Source: Bdellovibrionia bacterium (GTDB lineage Bacteria; Bdellovibrionota; Bdellovibrionia; Bdellovibrionales; UBA1609). Taken from it: 58,557 nt of DNA. This document shows positions 30,655 through 39,405 of the stretch, piece by piece. The first letter of the stretch is position 1; every line of letters begins with the position of its first letter. The translations under genes and the position numbers were made by a program. The notes under the pieces are model-generated. The model had not been told where the DNA came from. It searched no databases and was given only the letters and a program-made list of their open reading frames with translations. The DNA lies in NCBI GenBank assembly GCA_030432925.1, contig JAUILT010000004.1, forward strand, positions 1 to 58,557. Reading direction: 5' to 3'.

Positions 30655-30755
30655 AAGGGGTGGAAAAAAACGATGAAAGAGGGTCTGTAAATAATTCTGT
30701 GTTTTAGTGACGAAATCACTTCTTGTTTGTAAAACTCTAACAAGGAGAATTTCTG

Positions 30756-31997
30756 ATGAACCAGGAAAACAAGTTTCTTTTCGATCCCGAAAAGGTAAAC
30801 GAAGTATTTAAGTCTGCAAAGAGCATGGACGACCTTTTTGCCGAGGGTGGTGCTCTTCAGCTCATGCTCAAAAACTCAATGGAGACGATGCTCAAGGCTG
30901 AACTTGAGGATCATCTCGGCTATCCCCATCGTGACTCGAAAAACAAGAAAACGTCAAACTCTAGAAATGGCAGCTATAAAAAATCTGTGAAGACAACGAC
31001 TGGGAAGGTTGATCTTGATATTCCAAGGGATCGAGACGGATCTTTTGAGCCAAAAGCTGTTCCGAAGTATGAGGGAGTCAGCTCAAAACTCGAAGAACAG
31101 ATCATTTCGGTGTATGCCAAAGGAATGACGACTCGTGATATTGAAAGCCATGTAAAAGAAATTTACTTTGGGTTAGAAATTTCTCCGACGGCGATCTCTA
31201 GCATCACCGAGAAGATTCTAGACCACGCAAAAGAATGGCAAGCACGGCCTCTCAATGCGCTTTATCCGGTAGTCTTTTTTGATGCCATTCATTACAAGGT
31301 CCGTGTTGACGGCAAAATCATTTGCAAGGCTGCTTACACCTGCCTGGGTATTGATAAAGATGGCTTGAAGGACGTTCTAGGCATTTACATTGGCGAGAAT
31401 GAGTCCTCAACTTTTTGGCTTTCTGTTCTGACCGATCTTCAAAACCGAGGCGTTCAGGACATTCTCATCGCCTGCGTGGATGGTTTAAAAGGATTCCCCG
31501 ACGCCATTGCCAGCATTTTTCCAAAAACAGAAATTCAGACCTGCATAGTTCACCAGATTCGCAACTCGCTTAAATATGTCGGCTCAAAACACCAGAAAGA
31601 TTTTATGAAAGATTTGAAGCTGGTTTATCAAGCGGCCACAGAGGAGACGGCCCTAAAAGGCCTGGATGCTCTAACTGATAAGTGGGGCGAGAAATACCCC
31701 GTTGTCGTCAACTCATGGAAAAACAACTGGTCAACGCTTTCCAACTACTTCAAGTATACGCCGCCGATCAGAAAAATCATCTACACGACGAACATTGTTG
31801 AGAACCTTCATCGCCAAATGCGAAAAGTGACAAAAAACCGAGCTGTCTTCCCGACAGACAACTCTCTCTTCAAGCTGCTCTACCTGGCGGTGAAAGACGT
31901 GGCAGTGAAATGGACGACCCCAAAGTGGAATTGGGGGCAGGTCATTGCACAGCTTTCAATCCATTTTGAGGACCGAGTTCAGCTGGACCTCATATAG
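30756..31997 (+). CDS. IS256-family (Mutator-like) DDE transposase
   Basis: SRNG, IPRDRDGSFEP, FFDAI, CVDGLKGF, QTCIVHQIRNS, IYTTNIVE. Confidence 0.96.
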   Translation: MNQENKFLFDPEKVNEVFKSAKSMDDLFAEGGALQLMLKNSMETMLKAELEDHLGYPHRDSKNKKTSNSRNGSYKKSVKTTTGKVDLDIPRDRDGSFEPKAVPKYEGVSSKLEEQIISVYAKGMTTRDIESHVKEIYFGLEISPTAISSITEKILDHAKEWQARPLNALYPVVFFDAIHYKVRVDGKIICKAAYTCLGIDKDGLKDVLGIYIGENESSTFWLSVLTDLQNRGVQDILIACVDGLKGFPDAIASIFPKTEIQTCIVHQIRNSLKYVGSKHQKDFMKDLKLVYQAATEETALKGLDALTDKWGEKYPVVVNSWKNNWSTLSNYFKYTPPIRKIIYTTNIVENLHRQMRKVTKNRAVFPTDNSLFKLLYLAVKDVAVKWTTPKWNWGQVIAQLSIHFEDRVQLDLI

Positions 31998-32190
31998 AGA
32001 GCTTCCCGGGGGCCGAGGCGTCGGCCCTAGCTCCTCCTAGACGACAAATGTTGAGACTTAGAACCTTAAACTGGACCTGCAAGTTTCGATGTTATTTTAT
32101 CTGACCAAACAAAACGTTCCTCCCGCAGGCAAGTTAGTACACTTCTTGCTACTTCGTCTTGTGGTCTCTCAACTAAAATAAGGTGGATTT

Positions 32191-32595
32191 ATGTGTAGGG
32201 TTTTTGTAGTTTTTTTATCGATAGTGACAATTTTTGCGCCTACATCCTTCGCATGGGAGCTATGCTCTGATCGAATTTTAAACGAGGCTCCAGAAACCTT
32301 TCCTGTAAATCAAGTCAATATTCCTTGCCTGCAAAACTTAATTCTTGGAATGCCTTCAGTTGATCGCATATGTGGAGTTAGTAGAGATCGATTTAATTAC
32401 TTTGACCATTTGGAAATGCTGAGAGAACACAGAAAGCTTCTAATTGAAAAGCTTAACTCCGAAGAAGTGAAGAATAACGAGACTGTAAAAGATGCAGTTT
32501 TAACTTTTATATCTGATAACGAACAGAGTATCGAGCGGCACTTGCAGCCTCTAAATGAAGCCTTATCCGAGATCGCAAGAGTTTGCGTAGAATAA
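32191..32595 (+). CDS. Secreted Cys-containing hypothetical protein (IS passenger)
   Basis: RBS AAGGTGG, signal peptide ending SFA, four Cys in the mature part. Confidence 0.65.
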   Translation: MCRVFVVFLSIVTIFAPTSFAWELCSDRILNEAPETFPVNQVNIPCLQNLILGMPSVDRICGVSRDRFNYFDHLEMLREHRKLLIEKLNSEEVKNNETVKDAVLTFISDNEQSIERHLQPLNEALSEIARVCVE

Positions 32596-32889
32596 AAAGG
32601 CTTCTTCTATTCACTTGAGTTATTAGGCATCTCTTTTTTTCAAGCGCTCAACAAACGGTCAAACTAAGGAAAGAACACTTTTTTGAGAATGGCCATTCGA
32701 CATAAAAGGCCGAGGTAAGAAAGTCGTTGCCATGGAGGGCAAATTTGGCTAGATCTGTTGGTGCAAGAAGTGACGCTGCTCGCTCATACACAAAATTCCT
32801 TACAGTCTCTACACAGTGCTCTGCGAACTCTTCACTCTTTTCCACTTCTTTTGGCTGGAGCTTTAACGGTTATATGGTCCTGATTATGT

Positions 32890-33879
32890 TTACAGTCTCT
32901 CTAACTCTGAAAAGTTCGATGGCACCGATAAGGAAAGAGTTTCAGCTCTTTCCTTTACTAGATTCAAATATTTTTGAGCTCTATCATCTGATAAGAAACT
33001 CATTGATATTGTTTTTCTAAACATCGGCAAACATTTCTCAAATCTCTTAAGAACATTTTCACAAGCTTTTTCATTAATTTTACAATATTCTGCAAACTTT
33101 CTAAAATCTTGAATATTCAAGCTATTTTTTTTTCCACAAATTGTTAGAGCTACTTCCTCCAGATCTTCTGGCATCACAAGTTTCGTAGCTAACAAGTCAT
33201 ATGCAGGAGATAAGGTTGTTATTCCATCATTGTTGTATACAAGCGAGAAATTTTTCAAATGCATATCACTATTGCCAGTAAGAAATGAAAACAGTGTTAC
33301 TTTGAATAGCTCCAATAACTCCAGTCCTTTATTTGTTGTATAGGTATTAACTGCCTTCGCAACCTTTTCCATTGAACTGTTGTATTTATTCTCAGTAAGA
33401 AGACCTGTAATTTGGCACATATCTTCTTGATGAATTTTTAAAACTTTATTTCTCTTCACAAGTCTGTCAAATCGAGTCGACAGATAAGCTAATTCACCAG
33501 ATTTAAACCTAATCAAGCTATGTGTCGCTGTTTTAATCCCTACTATTTCGGATAAATGCATTGTTAAGTCTTCGTTTTGTGGAAGCTCTGGAAACTCTTT
33601 ATTCTGGGGCTTTAATACATACAGCCCCTCCCACAACCCAACAATTGTTAGTCTTTTTCCAGGTGTATCTGTATTTTCTAAGGTTAGTGATAGTTTCGGT
33701 TGGACTCCAGGTATAGCAACTCTTTTTTTAATAACTTCTTTGGCAAGGTCGTTAATTTCATCAAGCGTATAATCTAAGGCTGGGGCCTCCTTTGATTTAA
33801 ACATTTTTTTACTACATTTTTCATGAAAAGACTGATCAGAGTTTTCGATCTCTTTGTAACATGATAAACACTTGTTCAT
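32890..33879 (-). CDS. hipT: HipT/HipA-family serine/threonine kinase toxin
   Basis: GVQPKL, YVLKP, RFDR, HQEDMCQ, GNSDMHLKNFS, LSPAYDL; lacks the HipA N-terminal coupling domain, which is encoded separately. Confidence 0.88.
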   Translation of the reverse strand: MNKCLSCYKEIENSDQSFHEKCSKKMFKSKEAPALDYTLDEINDLAKEVIKKRVAIPGVQPKLSLTLENTDTPGKRLTIVGLWEGLYVLKPQNKEFPELPQNEDLTMHLSEIVGIKTATHSLIRFKSGELAYLSTRFDRLVKRNKVLKIHQEDMCQITGLLTENKYNSSMEKVAKAVNTYTTNKGLELLELFKVTLFSFLTGNSDMHLKNFSLVYNNDGITTLSPAYDLLATKLVMPEDLEEVALTICGKKNSLNIQDFRKFAEYCKINEKACENVLKRFEKCLPMFRKTISMSFLSDDRAQKYLNLVKERAETLSLSVPSNFSELERL

Positions 33880-33881
33880 CT

Positions 33882-34211
33882 TTATACCTTCGAAGAAATA
33901 TCTTTTACTTTAACGGCTCCAATACAATCGTTACATAGCGTAAGCAAAAGGGACATTCTGTCTTTTCTATCTAACTTCCAGTTTGCCTCTGCAATATTTA
34001 AAAGCCAGCCTTCCGGGATTAATCCATCAAAAAAGGGAATCATTGTTTTTTCTGTAAACGGCTCTTTTTGAAGTGGCAAGGTCACACTCAGTGGTTTGCT
34101 CTTTTTGTCTTGTAAATATGACTTGTCGTATTGGAACCTATATTCTCCTTCTGACTGCTCAATGGTACCGGCAACAACATCATTGAAGTAAACTTTCCCA
34201 ACTCTTCTCAT
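33882..34211 (-). CDS. hipS: HipS / HipA N-terminal domain protein (antitoxin)
   Basis: YRFQYD, PLSVTLP, PFFDGLIPEGW, DCIGAV. Confidence 0.85.
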   Translation of the reverse strand: MRRVGKVYFNDVVAGTIEQSEGEYRFQYDKSYLQDKKSKPLSVTLPLQKEPFTEKTMIPFFDGLIPEGWLLNIAEANWKLDRKDRMSLLLTLCNDCIGAVKVKDISSKV

Positions 34212-34423
34212 AACTCTCCATTTTTAGTAGTTTGTGGTACCGGACCAAGCTTTGCCCCAAAGAGAGCTAACACTTGATTTACGGTGTCACACCTTAAGGT
34301 TTCTTTACCCCTCTCCAGCTCCCTGACAAACCTTAATCCAACCCCTGCATTTTCAGCTAACTGAACCTGGGTTAAGCCAACTTGTTTTCTCTTTTGCTTT
34401 ACGTAATTTCCTACTTCTTTCAT
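34208..34423 (-). CDS. hipB: HipB-like Xre HTH regulator (y4mF family)
   Basis: RKQVGLTQVQLAENAGVGLRFVRELERGKETLR. Confidence 0.88.
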   Translation of the reverse strand: MKEVGNYVKQKRKQVGLTQVQLAENAGVGLRFVRELERGKETLRCDTVNQVLALFGAKLGPVPQTTKNGEL

Positions 34424-34437
34424 TTACGCCTAACTCA

Positions 34438-34577
34438 TATACCCTATCGGGTATAAAAATCTTGTTTATTTGTTATATTATACCTGATAGGGTATGAAAA
34501 TCAATAAATCACAATTTTTATACCTGATAAGGTATATTTTCTAGAATTTTAACCTATTTTATACCTGAAAGGGTATA
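34438..34577. promoter_or_regulatory. Four palindromic HipB operators
   Basis: TATACC-N6-GGTAT(A/G) 18-mers at 34438, 34479, 34519 and 34560. Confidence 0.85.
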
Positions 34578-34602
34578 AAATTAAGGTCTTTCACGATCAA
34601 CT

Positions 34603-36444
34603 CTACACTGAGCCTTGAGGTGCCTCGGCCTCTGCCACCCGAGTCTTCTGGTCTTCAAAGTTGTTTTTTAAGTGCTCAAATTGTGAGTGATAAAGGTCCG
34701 CATAGTAGCCGCCCTTTTTCAACAATTCGTTGTGAGAGCCTATTTCAATGATTTCTCCATGGGACATGATCACAATTCTGTCACAATTTTTGATTGTGGA
34801 AAGTCTGTGAGCAATAATTATACTGGTGCGGTTTTTGGTGATGACCTCTGTGGCCTGTTGAATCTTCAGCTCACTTTCAGAGTCAATGTTGGCTGTGGCT
34901 TCGTCCAATACAAAAATATCTGGGTTAAATGCCAAAACGCGAGCAAAGGCAATCAGTTGTCTCTCACCCACACTTAGGTTAGAGCCATTTTCTTCTACTT
35001 TAGCATTCAGTCCACCTCGACGTCTTTCTAAGATATCCAAGCAGCCGGTGAGTTTGGCGGCTTGTTGCACCTGTTCATCGCTGATATCAGGGTTGTCCAG
35101 GCGGATATTAGAGGCCACAGAGCCTTTGAAGATAAAGTTCTCTTGTTGAACGACTCCTATATGGGACCGTAAATGCCCATTTTCTATTTCGTTGATAGGC
35201 TGACCATCGATAAAGATTTTTCCTTCTTCTAGGGGGTACATTTTTTGAAGCAGCTTAATCATAGAGGACTTTCCACTACCAGTACGTCCAACCAAAGCGA
35301 CGCTTTCACCTGGCTGAATTTCAAGGTGAATGCCCTTTAAGATATAGGGGTTGTCTTTACTATAGCGAAAGCTGAGATTTTCATAAGTCACAAGCCCTTG
35401 CACAGGAGATCTCAGCCTTCCTTTTGTATTTTCCTCCTTTGCTTCATCCAGCATGGCGAAGACCCTGTCGGCACTGGCCAGAGAGTTTTGCATCTGAGAA
35501 TAGCGCTCAAGAATCACTCGAAATGGACGGAAAAAACTTTGCAGTAAAAGTACGAAGGCACTGAGTTCTCCAACAGTGAGGTCTAGAGTTTCTCGAAAAT
35601 AACCTCCAAAAAATAAGGCTGTGGCCACGGTGGCTACGCTAAAACCTTCGAGTAAGGGCCAGAGAAGGGCGAACTTTTTGACCGTTAAAAGTTGTAAATG
35701 ACGATACTTAAACGACAGTTCCTGAAAGTGCTTCCGACTGGAGTCCGTACGATTGAAGAGTTGCAAGATTTTCATGCCATTGAGATTTTCGGCGGTGAAA
35801 GAGTTGATACTGGAGAGGACCTTTTTGGCAGCTTGGGAAACTTCTCGCAATGAGCGGCTGATTTTTAGGCTCATCCATATGATGACTGGAGCCACTACGA
35901 CAGTCAGAAAAGTAAGGCGCACTGAGATAAAGCACAGAGCAATAAAAATGGAAACAATCTCCAGAGAGTTAACAAAAATAGCCGTGAACCCCTGGGCGAA
36001 GAGCTCTCCAAGGGCGGCCATATCGTTGGTGATGCGTGTGACGGTGCGGCCCACAGGGGTCTTATCAAAAAAGTTATTGGAAAGATGCTGCACATGGTGG
36101 ATGAGGGTCTCTCGCAGGTCATAAAGTGTTCGATTGCCCAGTCGTTGCATGAGGTAACTTTGCCCAAAGGCAAGAATGGCCCTTGTCACCTCAAAGGTCA
36201 AATAGGCCATGGCAACATAAAAAATAACCTCGGCTTGCTGCTTTTTAATTCCTTCATCAATAGCGTATCCAAAAAGCAAGGGCAGGGCTCGGCCCACAAC
36301 CACAAAGAGCAAAACAATACCTACAACAAAAACCACCTGAATTAGGTGACTGGAGAGAAAAGGCCACATTCTAACGAGTATGGCTTTTAAGGTCATTGTA
36401 CGAACAGTGGATTCTTTTTTGATGTATTCTTGAGTCACGTTCAC
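34603..36444 (-). CDS. ABC exporter, fused TMD-NBD (MdlB-like)
   Basis: GRTGSGKS, LSVGERQL, FVLDEATANID, IAHRLST. Confidence 0.9.
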   Translation of the reverse strand: MNVTQEYIKKESTVRTMTLKAILVRMWPFLSSHLIQVVFVVGIVLLFVVVGRALPLLFGYAIDEGIKKQQAEVIFYVAMAYLTFEVTRAILAFGQSYLMQRLGNRTLYDLRETLIHHVQHLSNNFFDKTPVGRTVTRITNDMAALGELFAQGFTAIFVNSLEIVSIFIALCFISVRLTFLTVVVAPVIIWMSLKISRSLREVSQAAKKVLSSINSFTAENLNGMKILQLFNRTDSSRKHFQELSFKYRHLQLLTVKKFALLWPLLEGFSVATVATALFFGGYFRETLDLTVGELSAFVLLLQSFFRPFRVILERYSQMQNSLASADRVFAMLDEAKEENTKGRLRSPVQGLVTYENLSFRYSKDNPYILKGIHLEIQPGESVALVGRTGSGKSSMIKLLQKMYPLEEGKIFIDGQPINEIENGHLRSHIGVVQQENFIFKGSVASNIRLDNPDISDEQVQQAAKLTGCLDILERRRGGLNAKVEENGSNLSVGERQLIAFARVLAFNPDIFVLDEATANIDSESELKIQQATEVITKNRTSIIIAHRLSTIKNCDRIVIMSHGEIIEIGSHNELLKKGGYYADLYHSQFEHLKNNFEDQKTRVAEAEAPQGSV

Positions 36445-38222
36445 ACCTCTGTCTGTAAGTGAAAGAGGTTTTTGTAAGTGGGAGAGTTATTCAGTAGCTG
36501 GTTGTGATGGTCGAAGGCCTCGACAACTCCATCTTTGAGAACAAGAATTTTATCTGCCCATCTTAAAGAGGCCAGGCGGTGTGAAATGATCACAGCCGTG
36601 GTTTTCTTTTGTTCTCCATTTTGAGACAGTTGACCTTTGAGTTGATTCAGAATTTGTTTTTCGGTGTGAGCGTCCACAGCACTCAGTGAGTCATCCAGGA
36701 TCACCACTTCAGATTTTCGGATCAAGGCTCTGGCCAGAGTGAGCCTTTGTTTTTGCCCTCCACTCAGATTAACGCCCTTTTCACCCAGATAGGCTTCATA
36801 GCCGCCGGGAATTTCTTGGATCTCCTTGTTCATGTTGACGGCTTTGGTGATCTGGTAGATGTCTTCCATGTTCCATTCATCCATACCGAAGGCAATATTC
36901 TCAGAGACTTTTTTGGAAAATAAAAAGGCGTCCTGGGGCACAACAGAAAACAGATTCATGAGGTCAGACTTTTTATAGTTCTCAATAGAAGTTCCATTGA
37001 GCCAGATTTTACCTGGTTCTACGGGATACTGTCGGCAGAGCAGTTCAATGATTGTGGATTTGCCGCTGCCAATGGGGCCCACAAGTCCTAAGGTCTCGCC
37101 TCTATTGAGTGTGAACGAAATATTGCTGAGCGTGGGTTTGTCCTCGTTGGGGTAGGTGAAGGTCAGGTCCTTCACCTCAAGGCTGTCAAACCGATCCACG
37201 GACAAGGTGCCCGTATCTGGTACGTTGTGCTCTTTGTCCAGAAGGTTCACGATTCTGTCAAAAGAGGCTCGGCCTTTTTGAATAAAGTTGACCCCAAGGC
37301 CAATGGCCGTCATGGGCCAGATCATGCGCTGGATATACTGATAAAAAGCAAAGAAAGATCCAACGGTCACCGCACCACTCATTACTTCGGGAGCTCCGAC
37401 AAACAAAAGAATGACCGACCCTGTGGTCACACCTAATTCCATAATGGGACTCCAGAGTGAGTCCACCTTGGCCACCTGGTTACAGGCGTCCTCATAGCGT
37501 TTGTTATAACTATTGAAAAGGCGGGTCTGATTGAGTTCCTGGGCATAGCTTTTGATCACTCGGATACCGGCCACAATCTCCTGAGAGATGCCCGACATTT
37601 CACCGAACTTGTCCTGCTGGTTTTTATAAGAGTTACGAATAGCACTCATGAGTTTTCGGATAACAAATGGAATCAGAGGAATCAGAATCAGGGTTTTCCA
37701 AGTCCATGAGGGGGAGATGCTGATCATCAGTGGCGGTACAATACAAATGATGAACAGGGCGTCCATTAATATCAAAATCCCCGGGCCAATAGCCATTCGG
37801 AAGGAATTGACATCATTGTTGATCAGGCTCATCAGTTGTCCCACCGAGTTGGTGGAGTAAAAGTCCGGTCCGAGATCGGTGTAGCGGTTGAAAATACGAA
37901 TGCGCAAATCAGCAGCCACCGAGTGATGAAACTGTCCCCAGAAGATGCGCCACATGTAGCGGAAAAGGGAAAGAAGCACTGTGACTAAAACCAGAATTCC
38001 AAGAGTTTTGCCCATTTTGTCAAAACCTTCACTGCCACTGATCTGATCGATGGCCATACCAATCAACAATGGAGGCAGGGCATCCAGAATATTGGTCAAC
38101 AGTAGACACACCAGTCCCACGACAAAGGTGCGTTTGTGTTGTCGGAAGTAATACAGAAACGGCTGCTTCTTCAACACTTCCGGCGTGGTTGAGACATCAA
38201 AAACGGCAGGGGATTCAGACAT
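36441..38222 (-). CDS. ABC exporter, fused TMD-NBD (MdlA-like)
   Basis: GPIGSGKST, LSGGQKQR, ILDDSLSAVD (degenerate Walker B typical of the MdlA-type half), ISHRL. Start placed at ATG 38222. Confidence 0.9.
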   Translation of the reverse strand: MSESPAVFDVSTTPEVLKKQPFLYYFRQHKRTFVVGLVCLLLTNILDALPPLLIGMAIDQISGSEGFDKMGKTLGILVLVTVLLSLFRYMWRIFWGQFHHSVAADLRIRIFNRYTDLGPDFYSTNSVGQLMSLINNDVNSFRMAIGPGILILMDALFIICIVPPLMISISPSWTWKTLILIPLIPFVIRKLMSAIRNSYKNQQDKFGEMSGISQEIVAGIRVIKSYAQELNQTRLFNSYNKRYEDACNQVAKVDSLWSPIMELGVTTGSVILLFVGAPEVMSGAVTVGSFFAFYQYIQRMIWPMTAIGLGVNFIQKGRASFDRIVNLLDKEHNVPDTGTLSVDRFDSLEVKDLTFTYPNEDKPTLSNISFTLNRGETLGLVGPIGSGKSTIIELLCRQYPVEPGKIWLNGTSIENYKKSDLMNLFSVVPQDAFLFSKKVSENIAFGMDEWNMEDIYQITKAVNMNKEIQEIPGGYEAYLGEKGVNLSGGQKQRLTLARALIRKSEVVILDDSLSAVDAHTEKQILNQLKGQLSQNGEQKKTTAVIISHRLASLRWADKILVLKDGVVEAFDHHNQLLNNSPTYKNLFHLQTEV

Positions 38223-38287
38223 ACCCAGGGGATCTCCTTGGCTGGTTGTTGAACACATATGGCGGTGCAGGCGGAAAGACTCTTCTA

Positions 38288-38310
38288 CCACAAATCCAAT
38301 GGATTTGTGG
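38288..38310. promoter_or_regulatory. Perfect 11-1-11 palindrome, candidate operator upstream of the ABC exporter
   Basis: CCACAAATCCA-A-TGGATTTGTGG. Confidence 0.45.
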
Positions 38311-38338
38311 AATGAAATTCATATTTCAAACGGGATTC

Positions 38339-38531
38339 TAACCTGAAATGAGCAAAAGATTGAGCGCTAAACCGCTGACGCTCCCATGAAACCAGCTTTA
38401 CAGGCGACGTGCTCGCCAAAACCGAACTCCACGTAGCTTTAGCTACGAGTCGTCCGATTTTTGCTGCGTCAGTCACCTTTAAAACTGGTTTCATGGGTTT
38501 ATCATCTCAATCTTTTGCTCATTTCAGGTTA
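38339..38531. mobile_element. MITE-like 193-bp palindromic element
   Basis: Perfect 26-bp terminal inverted repeats TAACCTGAAATGAGCAAAAGATTGAG with TA at the outer ends; inner IR CCCATGAAACCAG; central CGTAGCT-TT-AGCTACG. Confidence 0.75.
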
Positions 38532-38826
38532 AAACTCCAGATCCTTGGCTCGATGGGCCAGCCCCCGTATCACGGAATGAAAGGCATTGGCGGTTTTCAG
38601 TTTTTGCGGTTCAAAAATTTGATTCAGTTCGTCATGGATAGAGAGCCAGTGTTGATAGCTTGCCACCTTCCATTTTTGCCCCGCGACAAACATGATTCCA
38701 AGTGTGAAGAGGTTTTTAAAATATTCAGCTCTGGCAACGAGTTAACGGCTCGACAGTGCGTTTTTTCAGTGTTAAATATTTGGCATTTGGCTTGAAAATC
38801 AATTGAGATTCGAAAGGGAATCGCTC

Positions 38827-39405
38827 ATGTCTGAGATAGCCCAGCCGGCGGCATCGCGTTCGGCAATCCCCAGTGACCGTGAAATGGTGGAGCAAACAAG
38901 ATCTTTCGCTTTCACCACTCAAATTGACAAGATCGTCGCCTGGGGGAGAAAGAACTCCCTGTGGCCCATGCCTTATGGAACTGCTTGTTGCGGAATCGAA
39001 ATGATGTCTGTGATGGGGCCCAAGTATGACCTGGCCCGTTTTGGGGCGGAGGTTGTGCGGTTCAGTCCCAGACAGGCCGATCTTTTGATTGTGGCCGGAA
39101 CTATCACTGAAAAAATGGCTCCTGTGATCACCCGGATTTATGAACAGATGCTGGAGCCCAAATATGTTTTGAGCATGGGTGCCTGTGCCAGCTCTGGTGG
39201 ATTTTACCGCGCCTATCATGTGCTTCAGGGTGTGGACAAGGTGATTCCCGTGGACGTGTATGTTCCTGGGTGTCCCCCCACTCCGGAGGCTGTGTTGGAT
39301 GGTGTGATGGTGATTCAAAAAATGATTGAAGACAACAACCCCAGACCCTGGCGCGATAATTGGGAGCCCGGTGTGTATCGCAAGGGATTGGGAGGCAGAA
39401 AATGA
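38827..39405 (+). CDS. nuoB: NADH-quinone oxidoreductase subunit B
   Basis: [42 protein letters not shown]. Confidence 0.96.
   Translation: MSEIAQPAASRSAIPSDREMVEQTRSFAFTTQIDKIVAWGRKNSLWPMPYGTACCGIEMMSVMGPKYDLARFGAEVVRFSPRQADLLIVAGTITEKMAPVITRIYEQMLEPKYVLSMGACASSGGFYRAYHVLQGVDKVIPVDVYVPGCPPTPEAVLDGVMVIQKMIEDNNPRPWRDNWEPGVYRKGLGGRK

Larger units (their letters stand above)
30681..32809 (+). mobile_element. IS256-family element carrying a passenger gene
   Basis: IRL GGGTCTGTAAATAATTCTGTGT (30681-30702) and IRR ACACAAAATTCCTTACAGTCTC (32788-32809) match at 17/22 as inverted repeats; no target duplication seen. Confidence 0.7.

Noticed and set aside
32886-32899. Second TTACAGTCTC as an alternative IS256 right end
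   Set aside because: The match is limited to about 10 bp, lacks the ACAC-AATT inner part, and coincides with the hipT stop codon.
32648-33020. Short ORFs 32648-32845 (-) and 32727-33020 (+)
   Set aside because: They cross the IS end or overlap hipT antisense; no coding hallmarks.
34438-34577. Possible mini-CRISPR array (regular palindromic repeats with unique spacers)
   Set aside because: Repeats are only 18 bp and degenerate, spacers are 22-23 bp of AT-rich promoter sequence, no cas genes are present, and the position directly upstream of hipB fits operators.
38285-38795. ORFs 38285-38494 (-) and 38409-38795 (+)
   Set aside because: They read through the palindromic MITE (both contain QSFAHFRL from the IR); no RBS or family features.
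38781-38796. Sigma-54-like motif TGGCATTTGGCTTGA before nuoB
   Set aside because: The -12 element is GA rather than GC; too weak to call.
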